Assembly (NCBI GenBank): GCA_964016885.1
Contig: OZ024741.1
Span: 177,258,001 to 177,322,000, forward strand
Direction of reading: 5' to 3'
DNA: 64,000 nucleotides
Source: Eledone cirrhosa
Taxonomy: Eukaryota
In this document: one piece after another, positions 29,568 to 45,064 of the stretch
Position numbering within the stretch: position 1 is the first letter of the stretch
How the letters are laid out: every line of letters starts with the position of its first letter
Notes under the pieces: generated by a model
Seen by the model: the letters and a program-made list of their open reading frames with translations, nothing else
Databases searched by the model: none
Told to the model about the DNA's origin: nothing
Translations under genes and position numbers: made by a program

Positions 29568-30331
29568 GAATTAGTATATCTACCAACATATGTGTACAGA
29601 TGTACACCCATACTAGCAAATATATATGTTATGTCTTAGTACCTTTGTGGTTTTATGCAGGGGGATGCAGAACAATTATATGAAAGACGTAAAATAAGAA
29701 AATTTTAAAAATTAAAAATCAACTTACTTACTAACATGTTTTGATTTTTAATTTTTTGATTTTTAATTTTTAAAATGTTCTTATTTTACGTCTTTCATAT
29801 AATTATTCTGCATCCCCCTGCATAGAACCCCAAAGGTACTAAGACATAATATATATATTTGCTAGCATGGGTGTACATCTGTACACATATGTTGGTAGAT
29901 GTACTAATTCTCTATATTTATCTCCAAATTATTTGTTGGGCAAAACTTGCCAAAATTTACTGCTGATTCATGGTAGTAGTAGGCTCTTGTCATAATACCA
30001 CCCCGCTCCTAACTGATTAACCTCAGTGTCACGTGATTGATTCTTTAGAATCTGCCACTGACCAGGGGCAGTGAATTTTTTCAGTGCTCTGGAATTTAGT
30101 CCTCGCTAGCTTTATTCCATCCACTGAATTATTATTTTTATATGGGTTCCTAGTGTCCGCGCATCACCTGGGAACTTAGCTGAGAATAGACTCCCAGATG
30201 ACGTAAGGAATTCTCTATAGTTATATTACGTAACTATATTTATCCCCTTACAGAAACTAATTAGTTGGAGTGGAAATTTTAGTAAGTAAGTTGATTTTTA
30301 ATTTTTAAAATTTTCTTATTTTACGTCTTTC

Positions 30332-30335
<4 letters not shown>
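29568..30335 (+). mobile_element. ~520-bp hammerhead repeat family member preceded by an inverted partial copy (palindrome about 29568-29910)
   Basis: Homologous to 43780-44720; HHR at 30190-30271 with mutated core CAGATGA. Confidence 0.8.
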
Positions 30336-30405
<70 letters not shown>

Positions 30406-31396
30406 ATAGAAAAGATAGAGTGAAGAGATGAAGAGGTAAATACACACATCTCACTGTATATATGAATACAAATGAGGTGAGGCAACATTTACCACCGGTT
30501 GTAACAAATTCAGATCTGGTTTTGCTGCTGTGTCGAGCATATATGAAGTTTACGTAAAAGGTACAAGGAAATTATTCGACATCCCAGTTTTGTGTTAGTG
30601 AATAGTTAAACGAATTCTTAAACGTTTCTACTCTTAGCAATAGATTCCAAAGATTAAGAAAGAAGCGACACTAGCATAACCAATGCCTACGACTTATAGA
30701 TAAAATTACAGAATACGATACCATCGTTCAATAAGACGATAATTCTAATGCTATTTCATAGAAAAGGTGCCAGCACGAAGATCCATGTCTAAAATTGTTT
30801 TACACTCAAATTCCTTAACAATGAAGTAGATCCAAATGAGGAGTAAATTAGATACATAGAGGAGTAAATTTGGAAGTATCGGTGAGGTAGATCTTGCTGT
30901 GCCAGCTGCACACAACTCAGTCTCATATGTGACATTAATACACGCTTTGTGGTTGATAATAAATCGATACAATTATCGCACGTCAAATTATTGAATTACC
31001 CTCATAACATGTGTAAGTGGTAATTACTGTGAACATTGAAAAACTGATCAAAATTACATAACACTGTTTGTTTCACGGGGAGGTTTATTATAGCACACGA
31101 CCATAAACCAATACTACGTAAGATGTTCGAGATACTCTGTAGTTGCGTAAATATACCCCAGCATTGTCCTTTAGGATTTTAATAGAGAACAGTACTCACC
31201 ACTAAGTAGTAATCGGTATCTCAGTGTTACAAAGCCTACAACGCTACACTCATGAGATTTCATTAAAATCTAGTGTACGTTCAATCACCACATGTGTGTT
31301 CAAATCACGTTTATTTCCTATATATTAGTCGATATAAATTACGTCTATGCTTATGTTTCACAACATAAAGGATGAAAGAACATCCATTATATATAA

Positions 31397-31457
<61 letters not shown>

Positions 31458-31679
31458 TAGTCTCAGTATTATCACATTTGCTATCTTTAGATATCGTTTA
31501 TTCTCTGTGTTGTAAACAATTTATTTTGTTTCAAATATCTTACAACTTTTCAATTAAAATAAATCTATCGTTGAAATATATAAAATTCCATCTAAATTGT
31601 CACATTTTACATTACACACATAGGACACGAACACTCTGAAATACACACACACACACGCACACACACACGTACACACACG

Positions 31680-31758
<79 letters not shown>

Positions 31759-33199
31759 TATTTATCTTTGACAAGGGCCTTCTGATGCAATTTAAATTAA
31801 GTTTGTTTTTTTACTTTTACTGGTCAATTTACATTCTTGTTAAAACTATTTAAATTGAAATGTCTTTCTGCTACTATTTATCGTATTTATTCTCATACTC
31901 TATCGTAAAGACATTACACAGTAAATTTTATTCAATTTTTGTTGTTATTGCTGTTGTTGTCAATTTATTTTCGCTTTTATCTGTTTTAACATTTGCTACG
32001 AAAATGTTAATCTTCTAAATGGTTTCAATTAAATTACGTAGCTATAGTAGACATTTGATCAAGTCTCATGTTCTACTTAGTAACTTATATGACCCCGTTC
32101 CTGCAGCGAACCGAAATTGTATACCCATATCGAGGGTTACGAGTTCAAATTTGTTAGAAGCGTTATTTTATTTTCTTGCATGTGATGTATATAATTTTCG
32201 CATTGCTTTTGGAAAATGACATAACTTATCTTGAACATTTACCCACATTTCAGTATTTTTCCGTCAGTCGTATTTTGAAGAAATTATTAATGTTTATTTA
32301 CTCTCAAATCACCATATGTAATTTAGTTAATTTCTGTACCCAGCTTTTTATATTTATGATGGCAGATCATTTTAATTGATATTGAATAATATGTTTTAAA
32401 TCGATATAAACTATTATTTTTTGTTTATATCTTTATATTAAATAATTAATTTAAATACCAATGGTATAATAAACATCGACTGATAATCTGACTTGACGCA
32501 CACTAAATGTATTCGGGTGATATTTCAAAATAATATTCTAATGCATAGTAGCTGTTATTGTATTTATGTTGGTCACAAATATATTGCTGTATTTTGTGCA
32601 CGATAAATGAACACATAAGATACACAAATTGCTAAATGGAGACTTCACAATATATTTATAGTAATACATAAAATTTACAGAACGTATTTACGACTAAAAC
32701 ATTAATATTATTTTCAAAACTTGCATATGCTTTATAATGTATTTAAACATTCACAAGTTAATATATTTTATATTCCGAAATACACGCAATTTTGAGAATG
32801 TTTTAAAAATTAAAACTAATTTTTCTAACATGTCATTTTAATAATATTCTTAATGTTTATGTAATTGGTTAGGAGAACAAAGATTTATGCAACCGTCGCG
32901 TATGATAAAAATTGCAGTCAAATCATCTAGACGAAAACATTGTATAATAAAATGCTGCTCGACATATACCTGAAAATAAACCACTTTGTTACGAAGGGAA
33001 GACCTAGTCATTGGTTTTTTAAAATAAGGCGGATCTAGGCTGAACTGCAACACATACTTCAATTACAGTTAAGATCGATCAAACCTGACGTTGAAATAAA
33101 TATATGAAAGGAACAACACTGGGAGACAAAGATCGGAACGTCAGTGGCCTATCTTAGGAATGATGACCCTGAGGTGGGGTGGCTGTTGCAGCGAGCGTC

Positions 33200-33310
33200 A
33201 CTGGACATTCTCTGCGGAAATGATTTTGCCATCTTTTCCGCGGCGCGCGACGTTAAAGGGACGATAAGTCCCAGAGCCAATCATCTACCCCCGCCCCTCT
33301 CTATTCTCCT
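33200..33310 (+). promoter_or_regulatory. GC/CpG-rich patch with CCAAT and GC-box-like motifs
   Basis: ccgcggcgcgcgacg, agccaatca and ccccgcccc within AT-rich unique sequence; no associated gene seen. Confidence 0.25.
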
Positions 33311-33937
33311 GTGACACCAGAGTCCTTGCTATTGCCTCCCTTTTCCGTTGTTTTTTTTATTTATATTTTCTTATTTTACATTCTCAACCTAAATTTCCTT
33401 TTTTTCTTTTTCTATTAAACTGTAAGTATTTACATGGTATATTCCATAAATGAAATTTACTGAAATTTGAATATAGAAGTCTATAAATGTAGACAAACGC
33501 ATGGAAGCTTCGGTTAATGGATCAGAATTTTAAACTGTCTTCATGATAAATAATTTCAATGGTTTATACTCATATACATGCGTAAATAAATTGATTGAAT
33601 TTTACAATATAATCACATAGTCCTATTTTTCTACCCACCAGGTTTGTAGTGTAATGGTGAAGCGGAAAGAGGCAATGGTTAATGTGCTGGGTCCTTTGTT
33701 CTATATTCGTTAGTTAAAACATAAAATAGTACAGATGTTTTATTATATTTCATCGAGAAGAGAGAAGGCTCATAACTATGTGCACCGCTATGTGCACACG
33801 ATGGCGAGTCGGCCAGTAAGAAGTATATACAGAAGTACACTAAGGAAATAAAGACCAAATCGACACACAAATTATACGCACGATGGAAAGAAATAAAAAA
33901 AAAAGAAGAAAGAAAAAATAATGATTAAGACACGACG

Positions 33938-34053
33938 ATGCAACCGGTAATGGTGATACTGTTGATGATGATAATGATGATGATGGGGTTGGTGATGACG
34001 ATAATGAGGGTGAGAATGATGATGTTTATGATGACGTTAATAATGATGATAAC

Positions 34054-34106
<53 letters not shown>

Positions 34107-34120
34107 CGATGATGAAGTGA
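33938..34120 (+). repeat. (ATG)n trinucleotide microsatellite
   Basis: Direct reading. Confidence 0.95.
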
Positions 34121-35283
34121 TGTTAGATTAAATAACTGAATTATTTAAGGTTCTATTGAAATCTCTAACAGGAAAATAATGTTTATTCGCATTCAGTGAA
34201 AATATTTAATATCGAAGAATAGTTGGTGAAAATGTTAAATATTTGTGTTTATTCTTCGATGATTGACCGATTCTATTAAGACGTGCGTCTTATTCTAGGG
34301 TATAAAAAGATTATGTTTTTCCGTCTAAAATAATTCGTTTTTAAATATCAGTTTTTATGTAAAGTATATTATCAGATTATAATTGTGAAAATAGAAAATC
34401 ATACGCCTAAAAGATATTTTTGTCAACATTAAATAATTCATACCATTGTTTCGGAATTTTCTTTTGTTACTTTTACTGCGTATTTTGCGATAACTATGGC
34501 TGAAACTCCATGGAAGCAGAATAGATACATTGCAGTAGTTAGTTTCATTTTTCACATTTCTTTATTTGGGTTGGGCTTTGTTGGCATTAAAATGATGCAC
34601 ATAATCTTAATCGACTATACTGTCGTATCAACAAGTATTATTATTAGCCATGCACACATCTAACACAATTGCAGTAGTTCGCTTCACTCTTCCCAAATAT
34701 TTTGAATTTATATTGATATTTATAGAGTCACTGTAGTAGTAAGATACTGAATAATCGGGTATTTGAATGTACTGTTTTTCAACAGTTTTTCTTGCATAAG
34801 GTGAAAGTCGTGAACATGTCGGATGTAATATCGTGAATGAAAAAAAATGTTTTTTCCCAAATAACAAACGTTGATATATCTGACACATATTTATATTTTA
34901 AATATTGTTGATGAGTTTAAGAATAAAGATGGTTTCATCAGAGTTAACTTCTCTGGAGAGAATTAGACTCATCAATTAAATCTACGATAAGGATAAAGCT
35001 GAAGTCGCTCGGCATTTTACTAAGAGTAGACGCAAAATAATCATTCAACACACACCCTATATACTGCACACCGAGAGGAAACATTAGAAAGATGGTTCTT
35101 GACATATAAATAGATGAAATAGTTCAGAAATATTTTCATAATAACTGTGCTCAATCGATATTCTATTGGAGCTAAACAGCAATAGATAATCACTGATTAA
35201 ATCATACCATTTCTGCAACCCACATTATTGTGTTTAGCTACTATAATCTCGTCGCTTAGTAGGACATTAATTGTTAACAGCTT

Positions 35284-36522
35284 TGACGGGACGGCTAAAA
35301 AGGTCATAGACTGACTGTGAAATCTTTGCACCCATTCATTTCGTCTCTTCTTATTAACAATTTCTTTCCAAAGAAACTGACATGTGGCTATTTCAAGAAG
35401 ACTTCAAAAGTATCTAGTAGTGATGTTTCTACAAAATGAACAAAGTTTGGCATCACGGTTTTATCAAGTACACGCGTTTAGCCCTCGAGCATATTCATGC
35501 TGACATGATTGCTTCATTAGGGGATAACGCTCCAGCTTTATCAACAGAGGAAATGTAGGAAGCTGAATTTAGGGGAGGAAGAGATAGTCTTGATGATGAC
35601 CCAAGGTCTGGACGTCCGGCAACTGCCACCACCAACAAAATCATTGATCATGTTCACCACAGGCCATTTACGAAATATCAAATAGCCAAATCTATTAGCA
35701 TTTTCCGTGAGAGTTGATTACATTCAGCGCAATGAACTTGGCATTGACGAAGGTTTCTGCCTGGTGGGTGCCGCATCATCTGACACCTGCACAAAGTCTC
35801 ACAAGGCTGATCACATCACGGGGAAAAATTATGACATTGTTTGAAGCAGATCTAGCGGGATTCCTTGAAACTTATCTAACCCAGGATGTGATCGCATCAT
35901 CACTTTGAGACTGGGGCAACGAGACATCCATGCTGTGGAAACACCCCCACCGCACCTGCACCAAAGAAGGCTAAGGGCGTTTAATCTGCTGGGAAGGTGA
36001 TTGCCTCAATTCTGGCAATGCAAAAGGCATTATATTTATTGGCTATCTACAAGATGGCCGCACCATTAATGGTGAATAATATGCCAACTTGCTTAGGAAG
36101 TTTTGAAAAGTTATCAGGACGAAACACCCAAGAAAACTGACAATTTCTTTTTGTCTCAGCAGGAATATGCTCCAGCATACAAGTCCTTGGTTTCAATGGC
36201 ATCTGTGCATGTCTATAGCTTGGAAGCTGTTGGTCACCGCCCTGTACTGATTTGGTCCCATCTGACTATCATCTGTTCCACAACGTGAAACAACTCTTGG
36301 CTGCGAACCATTATTACAATTATGATGACGTCGTTTTCATTATTGATCACCTTTTTGACCAACACGATGAATTCTTCTTCGCCAATGAGATCCAAACACT
36401 GTAACGCTCATGAAAGATGTATGCCGACTGCAAGGAGAAGTATTTAGTAAAACAAATCTCATTTGCTCATATTCCAAAACAATATCTTGGCCTGCCTGTG
36501 AACATTTCAGCTTGGCCTCATA
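35284..36522 (+). mobile_element. Decayed mariner (Tc1/mariner) transposon
   Basis: DDDPRSGRPATATT, SAWWVPHHLT (WVPHEL), KKAK..SAGKV and a PSDYHLF-like segment; imperfect TIRs gacgggacggctaaaaaggtcatagac / gcctgtgaacatttcagcttggcctcata; about 1.24 kb. Confidence 0.85.
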
Positions 36523-37030
36523 AGTGTCATAGCCAAACATAATAGATTGCTAGGGACATGATGATAAATTGAACCTGTCTCTTATCAACTCCAGCATCGT
36601 AATTCAGAAGAAGTTTATACATAAGCTACTATTATGAGAACCAACACTCGAGATACGCAAGAAGACCTGCTAAAACATTCTTGAATCCACTCCCTAACGA
36701 TAGAAACCTCAGTGAGGAGCAGTTGCCAGGATTAATGTAAATTCATGAAATGTGGATAGAGTTTGTCAGGAATGTATCAGCATCTTTGTTATATATCACA
36801 CATTCGTTCATATCTTCCCTCACATAATTATGTACTATGAAGAGGCCGTTTACAAAACGAAAATAGGAGAGAGAAACTATTTATAATATAGTTCATTGGT
36901 GTTGTTTTCTTACTGTTCTAAAGGTTTTAAACAGAAGGAAAATGCCATGACATATACATACATATATATATATCTACATACATATATCTATCTATATATA
37001 TCTATATAACTCTCTCCCCCCCACTTTCTT

Positions 37031-37107
<77 letters not shown>

Positions 37108-37898
37108 GTGTGTATGTGCGTGTGTGTGTGCGACTGAATACGCACGTGCACTTTTTTATTCTCCACAATTTGTTTATCATTTCTCCCGTTCCTTTCTCTT
37201 ATCACTTTTTACTTTCCATTTATCTTCTGTTCCTAACTCTGTCTTCTCATGAAGTACTAATGTCCGAAAGTTTAAAGCTCTCTTCCTGCTATTTCAACGT
37301 GAAACCAATATATTTCTTTTAAGAACTGTGTTGTTTATTTTGTAATTTTTATTATTTGTGTTTAACTTTTACACCCCCCCCCACACACACACACACATAC
37401 ACAGGCATACACACACACATACACACACACATATATATATATGGTTGAGTTGGTGTCTTTGTGTGTCTGTGTGTGGTGGGGTCCATTGTGGCACACGAGA
37501 GAAGCAGAAGGTAATCGAACAAAAGTATATATTTTCCTCGTCAACCAACCTTCTATTACAATTTAATACTACAAACATACACATATTTATTTTTAACTTA
37601 GGTATTTGTTGCTATTCTCTGCCCAAATTCTGCAAATGCACAACACCTTCAAAGTCCAATAAATTAATTGCCACTCCGGGACAACAATCTCATTGCATGT
37701 TTCATTGAGTATTGATCGGGGTTTACTCAAGTTGATCTATGTGTTCTCACTTCAAAAGATTCCTATGTATATACATATACAGAGGAATTTATATATACAC
37801 ACATACGCGCGCGCACACACCCACACACACATACACACACGCACACACACACTCACTCACGCACAGACACGCACACACGCACACACGCACACACACAC

Positions 37899-37971
<73 letters not shown>

Positions 37972-38428
37972 GGAACAAGTAAGACCCCGACAGCTGAGCT
38001 CAAGCCGTTTCGACGGCTAATTCTGGACTAAATGAAAATTTATCCTGGTATTTAAATAGCCGATCTTCTCAAGGGGTAATTCCATATATGGTCAAAGTGA
38101 TTGTCAAAAATCAGTAGTAATTCTGTGGTTGCAAATTAGTAGGGGAGATGGTGGCTAAACCTGCCAGTAGGAGAAAGAGGGGAGGGGGTGGAGTAGACCC
38201 AATCAAGCGTTGGTAGTGCCAGCTACAGCTGGGCATGAGGTCAAAGAAGATACAGGGGAGGGGGAGGGGGAGGAAGTCGGAACGGTAGGTAGAACAATGG
38301 GGGGTAGAAATAGGAAAGAAAAAATACTGAGAGTGAAGAAAAGCAAATAAGTGTAAAGAAAAAAGTAAAGTAAAAGTTTACTTTACTTTACCACTCACTC
38401 TCTCTCTCTCTCTATATATATATACCAA

Positions 38429-38520
38429 ACATATCTGACGAGCTTTCGATTACAGAGTCAGGTTCGATCTATAATAGATCTTCTCGCGAGCTGATCGATA
38501 GAGAAACATATGTAATATGT
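38429..38520 (+). ncRNA. Type I hammerhead ribozyme with extended helix II, in a ~150-bp insert between (TA)n tracts
   Basis: acatat-CTGACGA-gctttcgatt...gatcgataga-GAAA-catatg-TA-atatgt. Confidence 0.85.
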
Positions 38521-38565
38521 TATTAAATATGGTATGATGCGACACTGAATTCGCATTCCTTATTC

Positions 38566-38615
<50 letters not shown>

Positions 38616-38617
38616 CA

Positions 38618-39523
38618 TTTTGAGTATATGTTGGTTGTTCACCGACACTTCAGTGTACAGAATGGAGCACTCTACGAAGTACGCATGTTAGTTTGTTTAC
38701 TCAAGAGTAATGTAAAATAATTAAGTCAAATATTTAAAGTTTGGTATATTATAAATTATACATTATAGTTACTGCTATATATATTTCGCTGACAGCCATC
38801 ATTGGCTGTGACCTCTTCAGGCAGTCCGAATTGATGTGGGAAAGACAGGTACATATGTTGTTGGAGTGTGTTTTACTCCGTTAATACATCGATATGTCCA
38901 ACTCCTTGTTGTATTGTTATTCCTCTGAAGAACTGGAATCATATGCGTTAGAACAAACGAATTTCGGCGTCATAGGACACGCTCGCAACCCATTGGTCAG
39001 TTGTGAGCACATTCCTCAGTTAAAAGTCTATAGAAATTTTTCAGAAGCAATACAATCTGTTGTAGTTGTTTTTGTCCTGATATTTAAGTACAGCTGACCT
39101 CCTCCATTGTGATGATAGTCGTAGTGGTGTTAAGGGGTCAGCTGACAGGTCAACTTTAGTGTGCTGCTGCTATGTTCTGAAGAATTTGTGTGTATAGATT
39201 GGCATCTATCCTGTCACCATTTCACGTGGTGGGGGTGCCAAACAAATAAAAAATGCTTGAAAGATTTGAATAATATTAACTGAAGTAAAAAACCTGTGTC
39301 ATAATCGCAAAGTGTAAAGAATAACAATTCTAATTTTATCGAGTGGTGCGTTTTCAGAGCAAAAGCGATAAAAGTGGAGTGTAAAACAACAATATCTGAG
39401 TGTCAAAATCCGGAAATGTAAAGGAGTACAGTTCCTATTTCAGCATAAATTACATATGCGTATATTTCAACGCACATAGTTGCAAGCACACACGCGCAAA
39501 CATAGGCTCAGGTGCATTCCATT

Positions 39524-39525
<2 letters not shown>
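38618..39525 (-). mobile_element. ~0.85-kb non-autonomous hammerhead element (second copy at 47388-48210, +)
   Basis: Reverse-complement homology along its length; HHR at 38771-38825 (-): actgc-CTGAAGA-ggtcacagccaatgatggctgtcagc-GAAA-tatata-TA-gcagt. Confidence 0.85.
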
Positions 39526-39595
<70 letters not shown>

Positions 39596-39598
<3 letters not shown>

Positions 39599-40404
39599 AT
39601 AAATTAACGGAGCCATAGTCCCTCGCCATTCCCTGTGAATAATGTGCTCAAAGGAGAAGAAATCCTGAGCTCTTTAAAATACAATATGTTGAAAAGGTAA
39701 CACACCAGAGAGAGATATACAGTGCGCTATCAATAAAACAGGGACAAAACCACCAGTGTATGGAATCTATAAACTATGTAAGGCAGACTATAGACACGAT
39801 AATTAAAAATATAAATTAAATGGTAAATAAATACCTCTATAACTATATAACACACGTACAAATCCAAAGAGATCTGTTTCGCCAGTAATTTGTTAACAGA
39901 AATGGAATAACCTCGGTTCCTCAGCGTGTGTAAGGCTATACATTTCAGACAACACTAAGAGAATGTTAAAAGTGACTGTTCAGCTACACGTGGGAGACAA
40001 AAGTCACGGCTTGTTAAGGGCAGTGAACCAATGGCCTCTGAGGGACGAGCTGCTAGAAAGGGCAGCCCAAAACCACTCAGAGGAGTGTGCTCATCCAAAC
40101 GAAGAGATAGGAAAGACTGTTATAACACGCTTTCCTATCTCTCTGAATTCGATATGCAAATTAGGCTGCTCAGCCGTTAATATGCATAAGGAAAGTATAT
40201 AGTTGCAGATGTTCAACCATCTGGCAGGAAGGTATACGATGCTGACGATAGCTAATAAGCTTGAAACTAGTACATCGTTCCTGTGTCAGTGTTGAACAAA
40301 AAGGTGACGTGGTTGCCTAAACACTGTACGGCGTAATTCGGGCTGTTTGTTTGTTTACAAACAAACAAACCGAGCATTATGACAAATGTTCGGTAAACTG
40401 ATAC

Positions 40405-40468
<64 letters not shown>

Positions 40469-40635
40469 GTATCAGTTTACCGAACATTTGTCATAATGCT
40501 CGGTTTGTGTGTTTGTAAACAAACAAACAGCCAGAATTACGCCGTACAGTGTTTAGGCAACCACGTCACCTTTTTGTTCAACACTGACACAGGAACGATG
40601 TACTAGTTTCAAGCTTATTAGCTATCGTCAGCATC

Positions 40636-40638
<3 letters not shown>
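39596..40638 (+). mobile_element. Hammerhead-bearing element whose last ~175 bp is duplicated in inverted orientation around a (TA)n spacer
   Basis: 40233-40410 vs 40463-40640 is a near-perfect inverted repeat; (TA)n on both flanks. Confidence 0.8.
40236..40278 (+). ncRNA. Minimal type I hammerhead ribozyme (inverted copy at 40595-40637)
   Basis: acgatg-CTGACGA-t agct aata agct t-GAAA-ctag-TA-catcgt. Confidence 0.9.
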
Positions 40639-40714
<76 letters not shown>

Positions 40715-40717
<3 letters not shown>

Positions 40718-43615
40718 TAAATTAGACAATTATCTAAGTTGTGTTCAAATCATTCAATAGCTGCAATCGTTTCTTCCAAACTCTCGTTTGGATTCATCGG
40801 AGCATTATCAATGTTTGTACATATCATTAACCTTAACTTCCTAGATGCTACCCTTTGCCTAGACTATAAATTGTACACACCCTATCCTAAACCTAACATA
40901 AAACTAATTTATGTGTATACCAACTCTAACCATCCTAAATACATATTAAAATCTATTACTAAAGGAATATCTAATAGAATCTCTGATATATCATATAATG
41001 AAACCATATTTAACAATAATTCACAATACTATAATGAGGCCCTAGCTAAATCAGGACATAAGAACGGAATTGACTTCCTACCTATAAAATCACATAGTTA
41101 CAACAGTATTTCTCATAATATGGCCATGAGGAAAAATAATAATATCACTAGCCACTATAACTCTAAGACGAATGGTAATAACAAACTTAACTCGCACAAA
41201 AATAAACACCACGATAATAATGTTAACAGGGATGCAAATACCTCAAAATACATTACTAAAAACAAAAATAGAAGAAGAACTAATACATTCTTCAATCCCC
41301 CTTTCAATATAAACATCTCTACCAACTTGCCTAAGGCTTTTTTCTCAATCTTAGAAAAAAACTTGCCATCCGGCCACAAGTACCATAATCTTATCAATAG
41401 AAATATTATTAAAATCTCGTACGCCACCACACCTAACATAGCATACCATATAGCTAGTAGCAATAAAAGGAAGATTAATAATTATTTCCAACTAATTAAA
41501 ACACAACAGGAGGTAAACTTAGTACCTGTAAACCATAGTAGTAATGATAGTAATAATGGTAATAGCACTAATGGATTCAATAACAATACGAATGACAGAT
41601 ATCATTACCCTAGTGCTATCCCTAGCAACCAGAATTCTTCACAACATAGTAACCGGCAAGCTTACATCCAGAATAAATGTAACTGTAGAACTAATAGAAT
41701 TGGTCCCTTGGGTAATAATTGCGTAACCAAAGTTATCATCTACTCATGCACCGTCAACGCAAACAACTCTTCTAAACCATATATAGGCTCTACTTCGAAC
41801 AGCTCAAGACGAGATATAACTCGCAACTCCACTCTTTCAAAAAACACAATCTAGCCAGCTCCACTTCTTTATCTAGCTACGTACACTCTCTGAAAACTAG
41901 GAATATACCATTTACACTGTAATGGGAAGTAGTAGGTAGGGCCTACCCTAATGTCTTCTAGAGACTCATACTATAATCTTTTCGAAACTGGACCTCCTTA
42001 ATAGAAAGTCAGGGACATTTTCCTCGTGCCAACACCGATACCAGCACTCATTCCATAACTTTAAAACAAGCTGTTAGTATACAGCAATATCAGATCTGAA
42101 TTCCCCACCACCATTAACACTTCACATCCAGGGCTTATCAGCACCCACAACCACACACACTTTGATCAACTCTTTCCTCTACACAACTCCTATTTATCTC
42201 TAACCTTATGCTCTGCAATAACAGTTAGAATTAAACATAAATTTACCACCTTGTGATAAAACTACAATAGATTAATTATATTATATACAGTAATGGATAT
42301 TTAGTATGTAGAGACATTTAATGTAATATGTGATAATAAACTATATATACATTTATAATTATATAATTAAATATTTAAATTAACAACATGTATATAAAAA
42401 AGATCTACATTTAACACAGCATAATAATAATAAAGTATATATACATTTATAATTAAATACAGAATGTAATAGTATTGTATGTTAGGGATTCACTTTTAAA
42501 ACAATAATTTATATTATTACACATATGATATATCTATTTAGACATATTAACAGCTATACAATTCTTCATAACATATACCTTGTCCAGTAATGAATAGATA
42601 GCAATCTAAAGGGACCTGTAATGTATTATAGTAAAATATACTGTATTTAAAATTAAGTATAAATATATAGCATTTTGTAATAGAGATTCAATGGTATCAC
42701 GTTATAATGTGTATTAGAGCAAAGACTTTAAATAACTGAATTGAATTTAATTAGCTAGTTACCTCCCCGTACGCATTAGCTCCCCTTATTCACTTCCGGA
42801 AATTAACGATTGGAAAATGTACCGGTTGATCAACTATAGTCCATGAATATGAATACAATAAGACAAATTTACAATCCATTGCTCTAACTAACTTAAAACA
42901 TTCAATATAAACTTTAACTACATTTAATTCAACATATGTAATGGAAAAGACTGCAACAACTTTATGTTTCTCAACACACACAATTTCAAACACTATCACC
43001 ATACTTTATGCACCATCGATTTTAATACATTAACATATTTGCTTAAAATGCAGTATTTACTTATCTATATATGCATAATAACTTTGCTTGTTTCCTTCTC
43101 ATGTATATGACTAACGCAGTTGCACTCTCCACACGCCTGCATATGTATTGTTAATGTACTCTTCCTTTCTCAAAACTCATTTCTCAAAGCCTCTTTAATT
43201 ATTGGACTATTCTTTTGTATTATATGTTGCATGTATTCCACTCTGTGCTTTTAATTTGAATTTGAATTGTTATACAATTATTGTACAATTCTCGTAAAAT
43301 ATATGTCACATCCATTCCACCATGTAAATACGAAACTGTTGCTCACAGCATCAATATATATGTATCTATATTATTGTTCAGTTGAATAGGAGATTAATTA
43401 TATGTACAAACATTGATAATGCTCCGAGACCCCAAACGAGAGTTTGGAAGAAACGATTGTCAGCTATTAAATTATTTGAACACAACTTTGATAATTGTCT
43501 AATTTATTTATTTATTTTCCTGCTCTGTAAAACAACTGATGTTCTTACATTTAGCTATTTCTCTTACTGGTAATAAGGTAGTAGGCAATTATTGACCTTT
43601 CCTATTTATAGTTGT
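40715..43615 (+). mobile_element. 5'-truncated PLE (RT thumb + Asn-rich linker + GIY-YIG) with long AT-rich 3' UTR
   Basis: LNFLDATL...YVYTNSNHP...GISNRIS, FFNPPF, CNCR...PLGNNC...IIY...YIGST; degenerate HHR-like motif at 43421-43464; 3' boundary approximate. Confidence 0.85.
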
Positions 43616-43682
43616 TTATAGTATATACATAACTATAAATAGTATTATTATAATTATAATATATATACATTTATATATATCC

Positions 43683-44771
<1,089 letters not shown>

Positions 44772-45007
44772 GTTTTAATATAGAAGAGATTCTACAGGAC
44801 TAGAACTGTTTCATTCATTAGAAATCATCAGGAATCTGGGTATCAAAAAATAAATATTTATTTTTTGATACCCAGATTCCTGATGATTTCTAATGAATGA
44901 AACAGTTCTAGTCCTGTAGAATCTCTTCTATATTAAAACTGTTATACTCTGCTATGTATTGAGTACCTTACTTACTGTGGTTACCTCCGATTCAACCCGG
45001 AATAACG
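44772..45007. mobile_element. Palindromic mini-element with two head-to-head hammerheads (44787-44837 -, 44874-44924 +)
   Basis: agattc-CTGATGA-t ttc taat gaa t-GAAA-cag ttctagtc ctg-TA-gaatct on both arms; flanked by (TA)n. Confidence 0.85.
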
Positions 45008-45015
45008 TATATATA

Positions 45016-45059
<44 letters not shown>

Positions 45060-45064
<5 letters not shown>

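Noticed and set aside
38894-39097. 67-aa ORF also present at 47834-48037
   Set aside because: Explained by two copies of the same repeat; antisense to the ribozyme strand; no recognisable domain
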